A stretch of 24,368 bases of DNA, taken from assembly GCA_010909165.1 (NCBI GenBank), contig VJWM01000386.1:1-24368 (forward strand). Direction: 5' to 3'. A model generated the notes under the pieces. That model did not search any database. It was not told the DNA's origin and worked only from the letters and a program-made list of their open reading frames with translations. Below, one piece after another: positions 1 to 11,055 of the stretch; position 1 is the stretch's first letter, and every line of letters begins with the position of its first letter. This DNA comes from Anthoceros angustus (lineage: Eukaryota; Plantae; Anthocerotophyta). Both the position numbers and the translations under genes were made by a program.

Positions 1-713
1 GAGGAAGGGGAGGTGAGGAAGTTCTCCCCACGAGCAAGGGAGGCCAGCTGTGGAGGAGACCAACGAAGGCCCGAGGATTAGTAGGAGATCATGGTGGGCG
101 AATGGGGAAGAAGATGCTCATGATAGGTATGGACAAATAACAGAGGAAAGGAGCAATGAAGATCACCCAAGAGGCCTCAGATGGAGAAAGAAGGAGAAGG
201 GTCGACTACCATGGTAGGTAGTCACCACCCGTAGTCCGCATCACCGCGGGTAGGATGCGCCACGGCGCGAGGAGAAAAGGCGCCTGAGAGCGGGAGGGCG
301 ATTGCTGACCGAGGAATCCAGAAGCCGGAGATGGAGGAAGGGGCAAGATTGTACTTGCCCCACACATTAGGAAGATGACAAGATGGGAAGGGCAAGAGCA
401 AAAGGAGGGCGAGGGAGCCAATCCACGGACGTCACCACCCCAAATAGGTGAAGACGGATATGGTCAATGACCATAAATGAGCTAGATAGAAGAATAGGGT
501 GATGTAATCGACATCCTTCAAGGATGGTCTTAGGTGAAGTTACTAGAATAGAATTTACCAAGGACATAATAGATTAGGTGCATATTAAATGTCATGTAGG
601 AAATAATAGAAAATTGGAAAAGGTGACTGCAGAGGGTCACCTAAGGGAGGTTGTATGTGGAAGGCCTCCTATAAGAGGAGGAGGATTTCACAAAGTAAAG
701 TATCACGCCTCGC
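1..713 (+). repeat. Family-A Gypsy 5' LTR (copy A1), U3 part left of the Copia insertion; truncated by the window start
   Basis: Collinear with the reverse complement of ~19500-20300 (shared ataggtatggacaaat, gactaccatggtaggtagtcacc, gtcaatgaccataaatgagct, gaaggcctcctataagaggaggaggatttcacaaa). Also homologous to 8694-8870. Removing 714-11867 rejoins it to 11868 as in the uninterrupted copies. Confidence 0.9.
670..676 (+). promoter_or_regulatory. TATA box of LTR A1
   Basis: cctcc-TATAAGA. The position is conserved in A2 (tataaaa 8826-8832) and A3 (minus strand, 19540-19545). Confidence 0.65.
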
Positions 714-966
714 TATGCGAGAATGTAGTTTTAGATTAGAAGAAGAAGAAACAATGTAAGTGATTAATGAGTAAAGTACAAGCCTTTAAATAGGTTTGGG
801 TGGTTACAACCATAAGTGGTTGCAACCATAAGTAGTTGCAACCGTAAGTTGTTGTAACCAATATAACTAATATAACTACTAACTACCTAAATAACCCTAG
901 GTAAATAATAATGTTTAAGTTATGAGGCCCTAATGAATAGTGCCCTAATCTAGACCTATTTCATCA
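714..966 (-). repeat. Copia 3' LTR
   Basis: Near-identical to 11626-11867. Starts TGATGA on the minus strand right after the PPT. The left terminus is degenerate (+/- a few bp). Confidence 0.92.
800..860. repeat. ~4 x 16-bp tandem repeat (gtggttgcaaccataa) with palindromic core in the Copia U3
   Basis: Units start at 800, 816, 832 and 848. Perfect palindrome tggttgcaacca at 817-828. Lies just upstream of a minus-strand TATA-like ctatttaaag (784-793). Also present, with indels, at ~11711-11764. Confidence 0.85.
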
Positions 967-976
967 CTCCCACTCA
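967..976 (-). other. Copia polypurine tract
   Basis: Minus strand reads tgagtgggag immediately before the 3' LTR TG, resembling the usual Copia PPT tgagggggag. Confidence 0.85.
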
Positions 977-1149
977 CTATGAATATAGGGGTGAAGTCTA
1001 GCCTTTAAAATGAGGCCTAAATGTTAAATAGGCTCCCACTAAACCTAAAGTTATCCGCTTAAGAAAAGGTCTTAAAAACTTAAGCATCTAACATATAATC
1101 AAGTCATAAATAAGGACTTAATATAGGCATAAAGAAAATGAAAAACAAA

Positions 1150-1480
1150 ATAGACGGGCCACAAAATGGCCTATAAATAAAAGCAGGATAGGCCCATTTC
1201 GGGCCTATAAAAGCCCGAACGCCCTCTGCCAGAACGGGTAGGGGCGTACCGGCCGGCGTTTAAACGGGAGACAAAACCGCCTTCTCCCCCGCGGGCCCCG
1301 CCCTCGGTGCTCAATCGATCCGCGCTCGATCTCGCCCTCGCATATCCGCCACCCCATCCATCCATCGCCATCCATCGCCATCCGCCTCGCGCCATCCGAT
1401 CGATCCGACCGCATCCACTCCAAAAATTGTTTTAGCTTGATCCTGCGATCGCCGATCAAGTCTCGCCACCGTTGCTGCTC
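1150..1480 (+). promoter_or_regulatory. Putative internal antisense Pol II promoter and C-rich 5' leader inside the Copia 3' region
   Basis: TATAAATA 1172-1179, TATAAAA 1206-1212, site-II-like GGCCCA 1191-1196 and GGGCC 1156-1160 and 1201-1205. Followed by a GC-rich, pyrimidine-skewed leader with ccat(c/cg) repeats (~1354-1400) in otherwise AT-rich DNA. Confidence 0.5.
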
Positions 1481-1632
1481 CAAGATCGGTGAGAAAAATA
1501 GCTAATTTGGCAGAATCCACCGTGTCACGATAAAAGGTGCTCGAATCAAATTTTGAAATATTTGCTGGATTTATATGCTGGAAATAGCTGAAATAAATTG
1601 CTGAAAATTGCTAAATAAATTGCTGGAGTTGC

Positions 1633-2732
1633 TTGATAAATATATCGATTGACGCCGAGTGGAGGGTCCGCCCCCACTCCGTGAGGTGGAAACATGGGTG
1701 CGATAAAATCAAACAAGCACTGGCGAAGGAGGATACTGCGAAAGAAAGAAGGAAAACGTGCGTGCACACCACTTGTGGTACCGGGATGAAGTTGTACCGA
1801 CATTATCGATCTTGGGAGGAACCGGATGACCCAAACTTGATCGAATTTCTTGCCGTGCCAACCTATTGCAAAGAGTGAAGACATACCGATGAAGAGGATG
1901 ATATCCGTGGTGCACGCTGGAAAAATCCAAGGTCGTTGTGAGAGAAGTCAAAGTTACTGGTAAGTCAATAAATTGCAAAATAAATTGCATAAAAATTTTG
2001 AGTGCATAAAACGCTAATAAATATTGATGTAGATAATCCGATAAAGCCAGCATCACCAACTGAGGCCGAATATGATGATTTCAAAATGAATGAAGATTCG
2101 GAAGAGTCAGAGGACTCTATAAAACCAGAAGAGACCCCTCAGCAGGCTATTTGTGAGGGTAGCCCAAGCTGGAGATCACATCCTTGTGTAAATGGCCGCA
2201 TAGAGGATGTAATAGCAGCAACAGCAGAAGAGCCAAGGAGTGAGTAGGAAAGATGATACCAAAAACCAGGTAAACTAAACTAAAATTTTCCTAATAATAT
2301 CTCGCTATTTTGTGTGTAGATAAGAGTGGGCACAAGCCATGTGAGATTTGCCCTACCTCTACGACCTACTCAAGAGAGAGTGCAAAAGGAAAATTCCTAG
2401 TTCCTACCGCCATGAAACTTATGCAAGGCAACCTACTTGGTTCTTCCGGAGGAAAGGATGACCATGAAGTTCCCATGGAGTATGTGAAAAGAGAGGGATT
2501 AAGATGATGTGGTTAAGTGCTTCCCATGTGAAAAATATGAAGGACACACCAAACACTTGTATGAAGTAACCTAACGACTTAAGTACTATCTTTTCATCAT
2601 TTTCACTTTATAACCCATGGTGTGTATTGTAGGATCCTTACGGGTATTAGAAAGAGAGGATAAGCGACAGTTGAGGACTACATAGAGTTAGGAGAGGAAA
2701 TTTCTATGCTAGACAAGATGTGTGGACTATAG
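1633..2732 (+). pseudogene. Putative spliced antisense accessory gene of the Copia element (4 exons, disrupted frame, unknown function; start codon uncertain)
   Basis: Purine-rich coding-like blocks are separated by AT-rich segments with GT...TGTAG ends: 1960-2032 (G|GTAAGT, branch-like GCTAAT), 2270-2319 (CAG|GTAAAC, CTAAT) and 2566-2632 (AA|GTAACC). Splicing joins ...VVREVKVT/DNPIKP..., ...P/DKSGHKPCEICP... and ...PNTCMK/ILTGIRK... in frame locally. Several frameshifts and stops occur elsewhere. Confidence 0.6.
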
Positions 2733-2762
2733 AAAATACATTGACACATACTAGCTAGTGAC

Positions 2763-5700
2763 TTAAACCTCTTGAATACCTAACATTTTCATGTGTCTTA
2801 AATGCAAATCTCTCCCTAATGACTTAGTTAACAAATCAATGGATTGTTTTGTGTTGGTATATAAGTGATATCTATAGTGTTATCTTCCAACTTCTCTACG
2901 ATATAGTGATACTCAACTATGTGTTTGGTTGGAATGGAAAGCAGGGTTTCTAGCAAGTGCTACGACTATCACTAAAAGAGATGTTTTTCTTGAGGGTGAT
3001 TAAGTTCACTCAAAATTAGCCTAGACCATACTATATCCTTGGAAATAGATGTTAGTACTCTATATATTGATTACTAGACAAGGCAATGTTTCTTACTCGA
3101 CCATGATATTGGAGCTCCTCCAAGAAGTAAAACATAACGATACGGATTAGTATCGGGATCAGATAATCGATCGGCATATGCCGTAAGTGTTAATGTTTTG
3201 ATGGTGTATGCTTAAATGTCACTGTTGCATAGTCCCTTTAAGGTATCGAAAAATACGCTTAATCGACATCCGGTTGATGTCGTGGTTCTCCAAAATCGTG
3301 AGTGAACTTTCAAAAGAAATATCGTGTCTAGTAAAATTGCTTAAATATATGAGAGTGCAAGATGTCGATATGGGACGGATGCCATCTCCATTTTCTCTTG
3401 AGCACTCTTAGGACTCATATCGAAGTAAGCTCGATGCCACTAGCAAAGGTGGGTGCTTTGCATCTTCCATTCCAAATTTTGCTAAACTCTCCTTTATATA
3501 CTTGGTTTGAACTATGCTTTTTATTACTCCTATCGCGGATAATATTTACACCAAGTGCATAATTCATTTCTCCAGTCGGTCATTTCATATAATGTCCAAG
3601 CCATGCTTTATCTCACTAGGAGAATAAGAGAGTTTGTTGCCATAAAGACGTCATCGACGATAATAGAAGGTAAAATATATCATTTCCTTAAGGTAAATAT
3701 ATAAGCAAGCATCGCCTTTACTTTGCTTAAATCCCTTATTCGAGAGTTGTATATGGATGGTCAAGTTCCAATTTTGCCGGATTGCTTGAGTCCATATAGA
3801 CCCTTGATCAATTTACATACTAAATGCTCCTTGCCTTTTACTTCATAACCCTCGTTGCTTCATGTATATTTCTTCTTTCAAGCGCCCATACAAATATGTC
3901 GTCTTCACATCCATCATATGAAGTTCAAGATCGTCGGGCACATATAAGATCATGCGAAGAGTGGCAAACTTGGCTACAGGAGCATAAGTGGCCCAAGGTA
4001 TATAGTCTAGTCCGTGATTTGGGTAAAACCTCTAGCAACTAGGCGTGCTTTATACCTTTCCACGGATCCATCTCCTTTTCTCTTTATCTTAAATACCCAT
4101 TTGCTGGTTACTATTTTTCTACCCTTAGGAGGTTCAACTAATTCCCATGTAGAATTACTAATGAGGGAATTATACTCGAATCTACTTCCTTCCATAGATG
4201 TTTGGAGGAGAAGAGAAGGCTTGTTTTAGGGTAAGAGGCTCTTCTAAGTCTCACAGTACACAACTTGATTATAAAGGGACTCGGAGAATTAGAATCGGGA
4301 AAAATAGCAAGGTATCCCAAAGGGGTTCTTTCCAACCAAGGGCCGAGATGAGTGGACGTGATCTAAGGTTGTACCTTGGTGTGTGTGTGTCTTCCACAGG
4401 AACCGTTCATCTTCTTGTTCTAAGGGATCCATTTCTTGATTACCGCCCAACCGATCATTATCATCTTGAGCAGGAGGTATAGCATCTTGAAATGGCCTCA
4501 AGGGGATCTGAAGGTGGAAGAGGCTCCTCCTCCTCCCGCAGCATGGGGTCCAGAAGGAACACGAGGAGTAGGGACAAGGAAAGGAAGGGATTAGGATCAT
4601 CAAATGTAGAAAAATCATTAGCATCATCGAGTCAACGACTTCAACTCCCATTGTTGGAGAAAAGAGGTAAGACTCATGGAATGTAACACTCGAGCATAAA
4701 GAAGTTGTCTTGTTGAAGGGTTATATAACTTATACCCTTTAATGCCTTGATATCCTATGAAAAGATACTTGGCTGCCTTGGGATCCAACTTCTACGTAAT
4801 GCTTTAGGAATGAAAACATATGTGATCCAAAAATACGAAGATGATCAATGGACGGTTTCTTGCCAATAAACGCCTTCATAAGGCGTCATGCCGATGTAGG
4901 TAAGCGATTGATAAGATAGGTTGCGGTAAGAAGGGCCTCAGCCCAATAAACCTTAGGCAACTTGGCTGTGTTAATAAGCAACTGTTATCTCTTGTAAACG
5001 CAGATTTTATTTTCGGCTATCCCATTTTGTTGAGGAGTATAGACAGTGAGTTGTTGAGCAATACCTTCGCCGAAAACTCCTCAAATCGATTAGATGTAAA
5101 TTCACCTCCATTGTCGAACGTAATGTTTTCGGTTTGCAACTGTAAGTCTCTCGCCCATTTCATATAATCTTTGAAAAATTGAAAAGCATCGGACTTGTGT
5201 TGCAAGACATAGGAGGAGACAAACGGGAAAAATCATCTATAAAAGTCAAAAATACCTACTTCCACTAAAGAAGATGTAGATAGAGGTCCACGGATGTCAT
5301 GCACTATCTCTAAAGGTTTCTTTGCCCTTTGTGGAGATTTGTTTTAAAAGGCTCTTGGTGACGCTTTGTGAGGACACAAGTTTCGCACAGGATAAATGCC
5401 CAACATTTGCAAGACATGGGTTTTAAAAGTTTCCTTAGACATCCGGGTGAGTTTTTGACTATTTGGGTGACCAAGGCGACAATGCCATAACATTGATGGA
5501 GGGGACTTTGGGAGAAGAACGGTGACATAAGATTGTTGACCTCCTACGGATAATCTATAAAGGCCATCTTCTAAAGTACCACTACAAATAATATGATTGC
5601 TATCACCTACATGAGAGAGAAGCAACTATAAAAAGGGTCACCTGCATGGAATGGGTTTGACAAATACTTGCAATCGATAATAAATTCTTGCACATTAATG

Positions 5701-5858
5701 GAACATGGAGTACTTGGTGGAGGTGAAGGACTTGTCCAGAATCACATGTCAAGACAATGTAACCGACCTTCGAGGTTGTGATCATCTCCCAAGAGGACTT
5801 GGTGCCCCGTGGTTGGTGAGTATGATTGAAAATAACTTTTGTTGTAACATATGTGATG
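2763..5858 (-). pseudogene. pol: Copia pol, C-terminal part: protease C-half, GAG-pre-integrase, integrase, RT, RNase H (frameshifted)
   Basis: HHICYNKSYF...VLHVPLMCKNLLSI (PR); LWHCRLGHPN and CETCVLTK (GAG-pre/HHCC); DNGGEFTS, YTPQQNG, YWAEA (INT); NSTWELVEPPKGRKIVTSKWVFKIK...YKARLVARGFTQ, LYGLKQSG, VDD (RT); GGAPISWSSKK and TKSL...MLGIQEV* (RNase H, stop at 2763-2765). Confidence 0.95.
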
Positions 5859-7063
5859 TGTGGAACGCAAAAGTTTGGGCAACCGGTTTAAGTGAGTTGT
5901 TTTTTCAAAACCAATGCTTTTGATAGAAATGGTTTGGTGGAAACAGAAATGTTTTTGTTCCGATTGAGTCGGAGTCAGAGGATCTTTGGAAGGCAGAGGA
6001 TACTTAGGGAAAAGAAACGGATCAAATGACCTTCTAGTGAGGAGGGTAGACATATGTGAACGGAGATGTCCCACTGGTAGGAGGTATCCCACCACCGTAA
6101 GGAGAAACTCCTACGGTGGGCTAAGTGGAGAGAACTCACCCATGGTATGGGTGGGAGAATGTCCCACCACCGAGGTAAGCGCCCAGCTAGCGCTTTGATG
6201 ACCCACGAGAGCAGTCTCCTACCACGGCGGAAAAGGGTGAAGGCAATTAAGCCAAGGAAGTAGCTTGAGGTTCTTGCACTGCCGTGATAGGCTCGAGAGG
6301 CAAAGGCCTGATTATTGGGGCCACCACCTAGTTTAAGGGAAGGCAAAGTAATTTGCCACACGTGTGGAAGAAGTGAGACATGTGTGCTCACGCTTGCTGA
6401 GATTTTGCAAGAAGGAGGACCTGCTAGGTAGAGATGTGTGGCAAGGGTCGGCAGGAAGATGGGCCAAGTGCCCGTAATGGTGGAATTGTGCGATCCCCAG
6501 GCTCTAGGCTGGGAGCTCGATGCGAGAGGAGCAGCAACGGCAAGGATGGGAGAGGAGCTCATGTTCGTGGTGAGCAGCCACAAGGGTTGCAAGAGGAGGC
6601 TATGGCGGTGCCGAGGCACATGGAAGTGCTCTTAATGGAGTCACGATGGAGGATGGCATGATAGGCCGTGTGTTGAACTAGGAAAGGCCATGGTAGAGCA
6701 CACACGCAGCTGAATTTGTAGATGGGCTGCAAGATGGAGGTGTGGCCAAACCATAGGAAGGTGTTGCGTCGCAACATGGTGAAGGGATCACAACGGGTGC
6801 ATCATGATGGCGGAATTTGCAGTGCAAGTCAAAGTGAAGGGAGGCCGTTGTGGCCGCGAGGAGAAAATAGCAAGGAGGGTTGATACGAGATGTTGTTGAG
6901 GTGTGAGGAGTTCACCGGGAATAATCATTCATGTTGTGTGAGCCAATGGTGTGTTGGACAATGAAGTGTAAGAACTCCAGTTCCTAGGGTGGATCAAGAC
7001 CGAGATGGGGTTTTTGTGTGAGGTGTTATATTTGCGTCATGAGACTAATTGGGAGAGTGTTTG

Positions 7064-7580
7064 GGTGGTGCACCACAGTAGGTGTAGGTGGTACGAGCAT
7101 GGCACTACGAGGGAGGAGGTGCATAGGGTGTAGCACACGCGAGAAGGTGGTAGTGGACGAGCATGGCACTACGAGGGAGGTGCACCACGAGTGTGTAGGC
7201 GATAGTGGCACGAATGGAGAAGGTGTAGGGTGGTAGTGGACGTAGGGCATGGCACTCCACGAGGGGAGGTGCACCCACGCGAGCGTGAAGGAGGGGTCCC
7301 GACAGTTAAGGTAGTAGGGTGTACGTAGGTAACAAGGGGGACCCTACAGGTAGGGCAGGGGTCCCATGTATGTATGTGGGTAGGACGGCAGGGGATGGGT
7401 AGGGCGGTGCGTCCATACTGGCGTACCCCACCGATGTAGGGAACAAGTAGGGATACATGTAGGGAACAAGTAGGGGATGAGATGCGGGTATGTAGGGTGA
7501 TGTGGTGGCCCCACATGGGTAGGATGTAGGGTAGGTGGGCTCTCACGCATTAGTTAGGTAGGTAGATAGGTAGGATGAGA
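7064..7580 (+). repeat. Degenerate tandem repeats and a GTAGG-rich tract inside A2
   Basis: Three copies of ggtggtagtggacgagcatggcactacgagggaggtgcac (~7085, 7146, 7228). A tract dense in gtagg follows, including gtagggaacaagtaggg twice. Confidence 0.75.
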
Positions 7581-9376
7581 GTGTCTCCTCACCGTAGGGA
7601 GTGGTGAGGTCTCCCACGTGGGCGGAAGTGGGTGCGGCACCCTACTTGGATACTGGAAAGCTTACTTGATACTTGGGAAGCAAGCTACAAGGTACAAACC
7701 TAGGAAGTTGCTAAAGAGGGTTAGGCAAGGTTGTGGATAAATAGGATATATTAGGAATAATAGCACATAAATATGTGGGGTAGGTAGTGTAGGGTGTGGC
7801 CATGCAAGCGGGGTGTGTAGGGAGTGGCACCTAGGAAGCCTGCGAGGAATTGCACAGAAGAGCTTGTGCATGTACGGGAAAGCTAGAGCAAGGACTTGGT
7901 GGGAACGCGGAGCTCGTGTGTGTGCAAGGAGAAGGAGGTGTGCGTGCATAAGGAGTTGTGTGTGAAGGGATTTGAAGCACAACTGTGAAGAGGGCAAGGG
8001 CGCTGAATTTTTGTGCCTAGGACCTTGCAAGTGAGGGATTTGGGCATAAGGAGTCAGTGTGAGGACATCAAGTTTGAGCTAGGTGGGACCGTGAAGAGGA
8101 AGTAAGTGGAAAAGGGCTGAAGTTGCTCTCTTGGTGGATTTTATGTGAGTGAAGAAATCTCGCAATTGTGTGTACACCGAGGTGACAACTAGGTGGAAAA
8201 GCATGTGGGTGCCCAAGCTTGTCTTGTTTGTGCGCTTATTTTGAAGGTACAAGATGGTGAAAGCGCTGCACCTAAGAAGGGCAAGTTGGTTGCTAGGAGC
8301 CGGGAAGAGGAAGATGGAATTTAATTGCAGGGAGGCTAGGCACTTGGTGGAAGAGCCCAACACATCCGGCTGTATATGGAAGGCCGAGAGGATGACTGGA
8401 GGAGGAAGAGGAAGGCATGGAGCAAGATCCGCCACGGGAGACCTTCTTGCGGGAGAGTGGAGGCGGTAGGGCCATAAGAAGTTGACCCACGTCCGTAGGA
8501 GGTGTAGAGGTGGCCACATCCGATCACCGTGCGACGCGAGACGCATCTAGAGGTAATTGAAGGGGTGGTAGCTTGGAGTGGGCTCATTGCTTGGGGAGAC
8601 TTTCTTTAGAGGAGGACAGAATGCTTGTCAACCCGAGGGTGTGTTGACTAGCTAGATAGGAATGTTGACAGAGCCAGCCATTAAGGCTCACATAGGTGAA
8701 GTTGCTAGAATAGAATTTTACCCAAGATGCTTGGATGTCGAACTTAAAGTCCGGCAGGATACACTAGAATAAGGAGTGAGGCAGGCCAAGAGGGCGCTGT
8801 GGGAGGTCAGATGTGAGGACCTCCCTATAAAAGGAGGGAGCTTGTGAAGTAAAATTATCGTGTCTTGCGCCCCAAACCGCGAGTCCTTTGCTCCTTGTGA
8901 AGGAAGTTCGTACCGCAAGCTAACGAAGGGGTAGAGAGGGAGTCATGGTCGGAGTGCTTGGCGGAGAGCTCGCCTTGCGGGCGCCCAGTTGCTCCTTGTG
9001 AATGGTTCCGTGAAATTGCTTTGCTTTGGGTGTGTGGCGATGCCCAAGGAACTCTCGGCTTGAGGGTAGACTACAGGGAAAGACTCGGAGGTTCTCGTCT
9101 GGTGCAAACTCATAGCAACCCCGCCCAAGGAAGAACTTGTTGGCTTGTAGGCGACCTGTGCAGCCAGCCGTAAGGGCGAGCTAGGGCTGGAGCTTGAAGT
9201 AAGGTTAGATTAGGAGGATGAGGAGTTGAGTTGAGGTGAGTGTTGAGGAGAATGTGGAGCGAATGTTGAGTAGAGGAGTAGGTAGAGATTAGGAGTAAGA
9301 AGAAGGCCCAAGTCGAGCCTAAGGGAGGGTCCCAAATGCACCAAACCGAGACCGGAAGCCGGGCTAAGGTCTCAAA

Positions 9377-9745
9377 ATCACGGGGTGGAGAAGTCACTCA
9401 GAGGGGGTCCCTATGTGCGAGACGGTGGACCTCCAGAGGGACCTACGACAGGATGTCTGTAGGTCCAGAGTGGTGATTCACGAGCAAGGCGGGAGTGGCG
9501 TGGCCGCCGTGAGTTGGTGGTTGAGGTGTGCCAATTGTGGGAAGGCGATGGGAAAGGAATAGTGGACGATCACGGGGTGGTGAAGTCGCTGCAAACGTAG
9601 GGGGTCCCTACGCGTAGTCCGACTCACCGCTGTGGGGTGTGTGGACCTATAGTCGAGGGTGTCGTAGGTCTAGAAGGTGATTGACGAGCAAAGATGGTGA
9701 GGCGTGGCCTCTGGAGTGAGTTGAAGTTGCTCCACTGTGAGGGAG
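9377..9745 (+). repeat. ~192-bp tandem duplication in the 3' (U5) part of A2
   Basis: atcacggggtgg(a/t)gaagtc starts at 9377 and 9569. Both units share ggggtcccta, ggaccta, gtaggtc, gtgatt.acgagcaa and ggcgtggcc. Confidence 0.8.
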
Positions 9746-9889
9746 CTTGGGGGTGTGAAGAGGCGGTGGTTTGTGCCTTGGATGTTGGTGACCGACAAAC
9801 AAGAGTCTCATGGGACGAAACCTATTGTACTTAGACATGGGATAAGTGTGGCCAGGGTGAATCTCTAAGCCCGGGGTTTTCCTCCCACA

Positions 9890-10912
9890 TGTTGCTCCTT
9901 CGTCAAATACCGGAGGTATTAGCGGGCTTGATGATGCCAAACATACGGAGCAATCGTTGGAGTTGATGAAGTTTGCTTTTTAGATGCTACATTAACTCCA
10001 TGTGAAGCCTCCTGCGAGGTTCACCATTCTTCTTTGTGACAATCCTTTTCCATATGGTTAGGGATCCTACACCAATTGCATATAATGCCGCCTTCTTCTT
10101 ACCCTTTGAAGGTGTCGATGAAGAGCTTTCTCCAATGTTCGTGATTGGCGAAGAATATGGAGGCGTTGGGAAGAGTAACCCCGGCCTCGCCCTTCCTCTA
10201 CCTCCGCAAGTACATTACTTGTTGTTTATTAGGCTGGAGTGAGAATGGCCTACTTGCCTCCTCCTCGGAGAAGTGCTCGATCGCCTGTAAACACTTATGT
10301 CAAACCCCTTTGTGATCATCTCAGCTTCTCCGTGAATTGCGAATAACTGCTTTGAGTAGTGATGAATGGATAGGAGGGAGGCAATGAAGATAGAAGGTGA
10401 CGTAAGCTTCCATCTCGGATATAGGTACACCGAGATTCAACTTGGGAACGTGCTTGTCTAAAAGCATTAATATGATGTTCGATAGTATCGGATTCTTTCA
10501 TAAATAAATTACGAAGTTACGAGAAGTCGCCACAATGCTCATTACATCTTGTGATGAATATAATTGAGTAAGGTGAGACCACATTTCATGAGATGTTTTT
10601 GCAGCAACATGCGACCATTTGTTGAGAGAGTCCACTTATTAATAAATCTTGTGCCTTCTCATCCTCAAGGCCCCAGAAATCAAGTTCTCGCTCATCATCT
10701 GACCTCTCGTTATGGATCCATCAACAATACCCCATAATGCTCTTTGTCTCAATGCTCCTCGTGACGTAATGCCCAAATATCATAATCTTTCCGTTGAATC
10801 TATCTTTCTCTTTGAAACCATCACCAAAATGATAATGTGTGGGAGGATGGACATTATCATTACCCATAGGCGAGTTTTGGGTAGCTTCAAATTCTTCTTC
10901 AATCACTCCCAT
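9890..10912 (-). pseudogene. gag: Copia gag (UBN2/Retrotran_gag_2-like), CCHC zinc knuckle and protease N-half (frameshifted)
   Basis: RFNGK(N)..IWAL-type N-terminal motif; MKESDTIEHHINAF; CNWCRIPNHMEKDC knuckle at ~10038-10080; FDEGAT (DSGAT-like catalytic motif) ending at 9890. Confidence 0.9.
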
Positions 10913-11055
10913 AGCTAATCGTCCTTAAAGGACAAAGTCATATGTAAGGCTTATGCTCAATTTTATTGCACATATAGAATTCATCCATCGCTGCTTTCGT
11001 GAGATGATGACATACTCTAATCCTTGATTAGTATTAAACAAAGAAAATTTTGATT

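Larger units (their letters stand above)
5859..9889 (+). mobile_element. Family-A solo LTR (copy A2, ~4.03 kb) nested in the Copia protease
   Basis: Termini TGTGGAACGC...CCTCCCACA. The start matches the A3 start (tggagcgcatagtttgggcaacc on minus, 23764-23786). 6590-7060 matches the reverse complement of ~21760-22300. 8694-9350 and the 3' end match A1/A3. No PBS follows and no gag/pol lies inside. The flanks rejoin to DxGAT|HHIC. Confidence 0.88.

Noticed and set aside
950-1001. Possible hairpin over the Copia PPT (ctagac...gtctag)
   Set aside because: The pairing is short and interrupted, and is plausible by chance.
1489-1513. Additional 5' intron GTGAG...GGCAG of the antisense gene
   Set aside because: It is only ~25 nt long. 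A longer first intron is possible but cannot be fixed from sequence alone.
5975-9940. Numerous 60-214-aa ORFs on both strands in A2 (likewise 12127-12777 and 18718-24320)
   Set aside because: They lie in GC-rich, strand-skewed LTR sequence, have low-complexity products without motifs, and their frames are not preserved between homologous copies.
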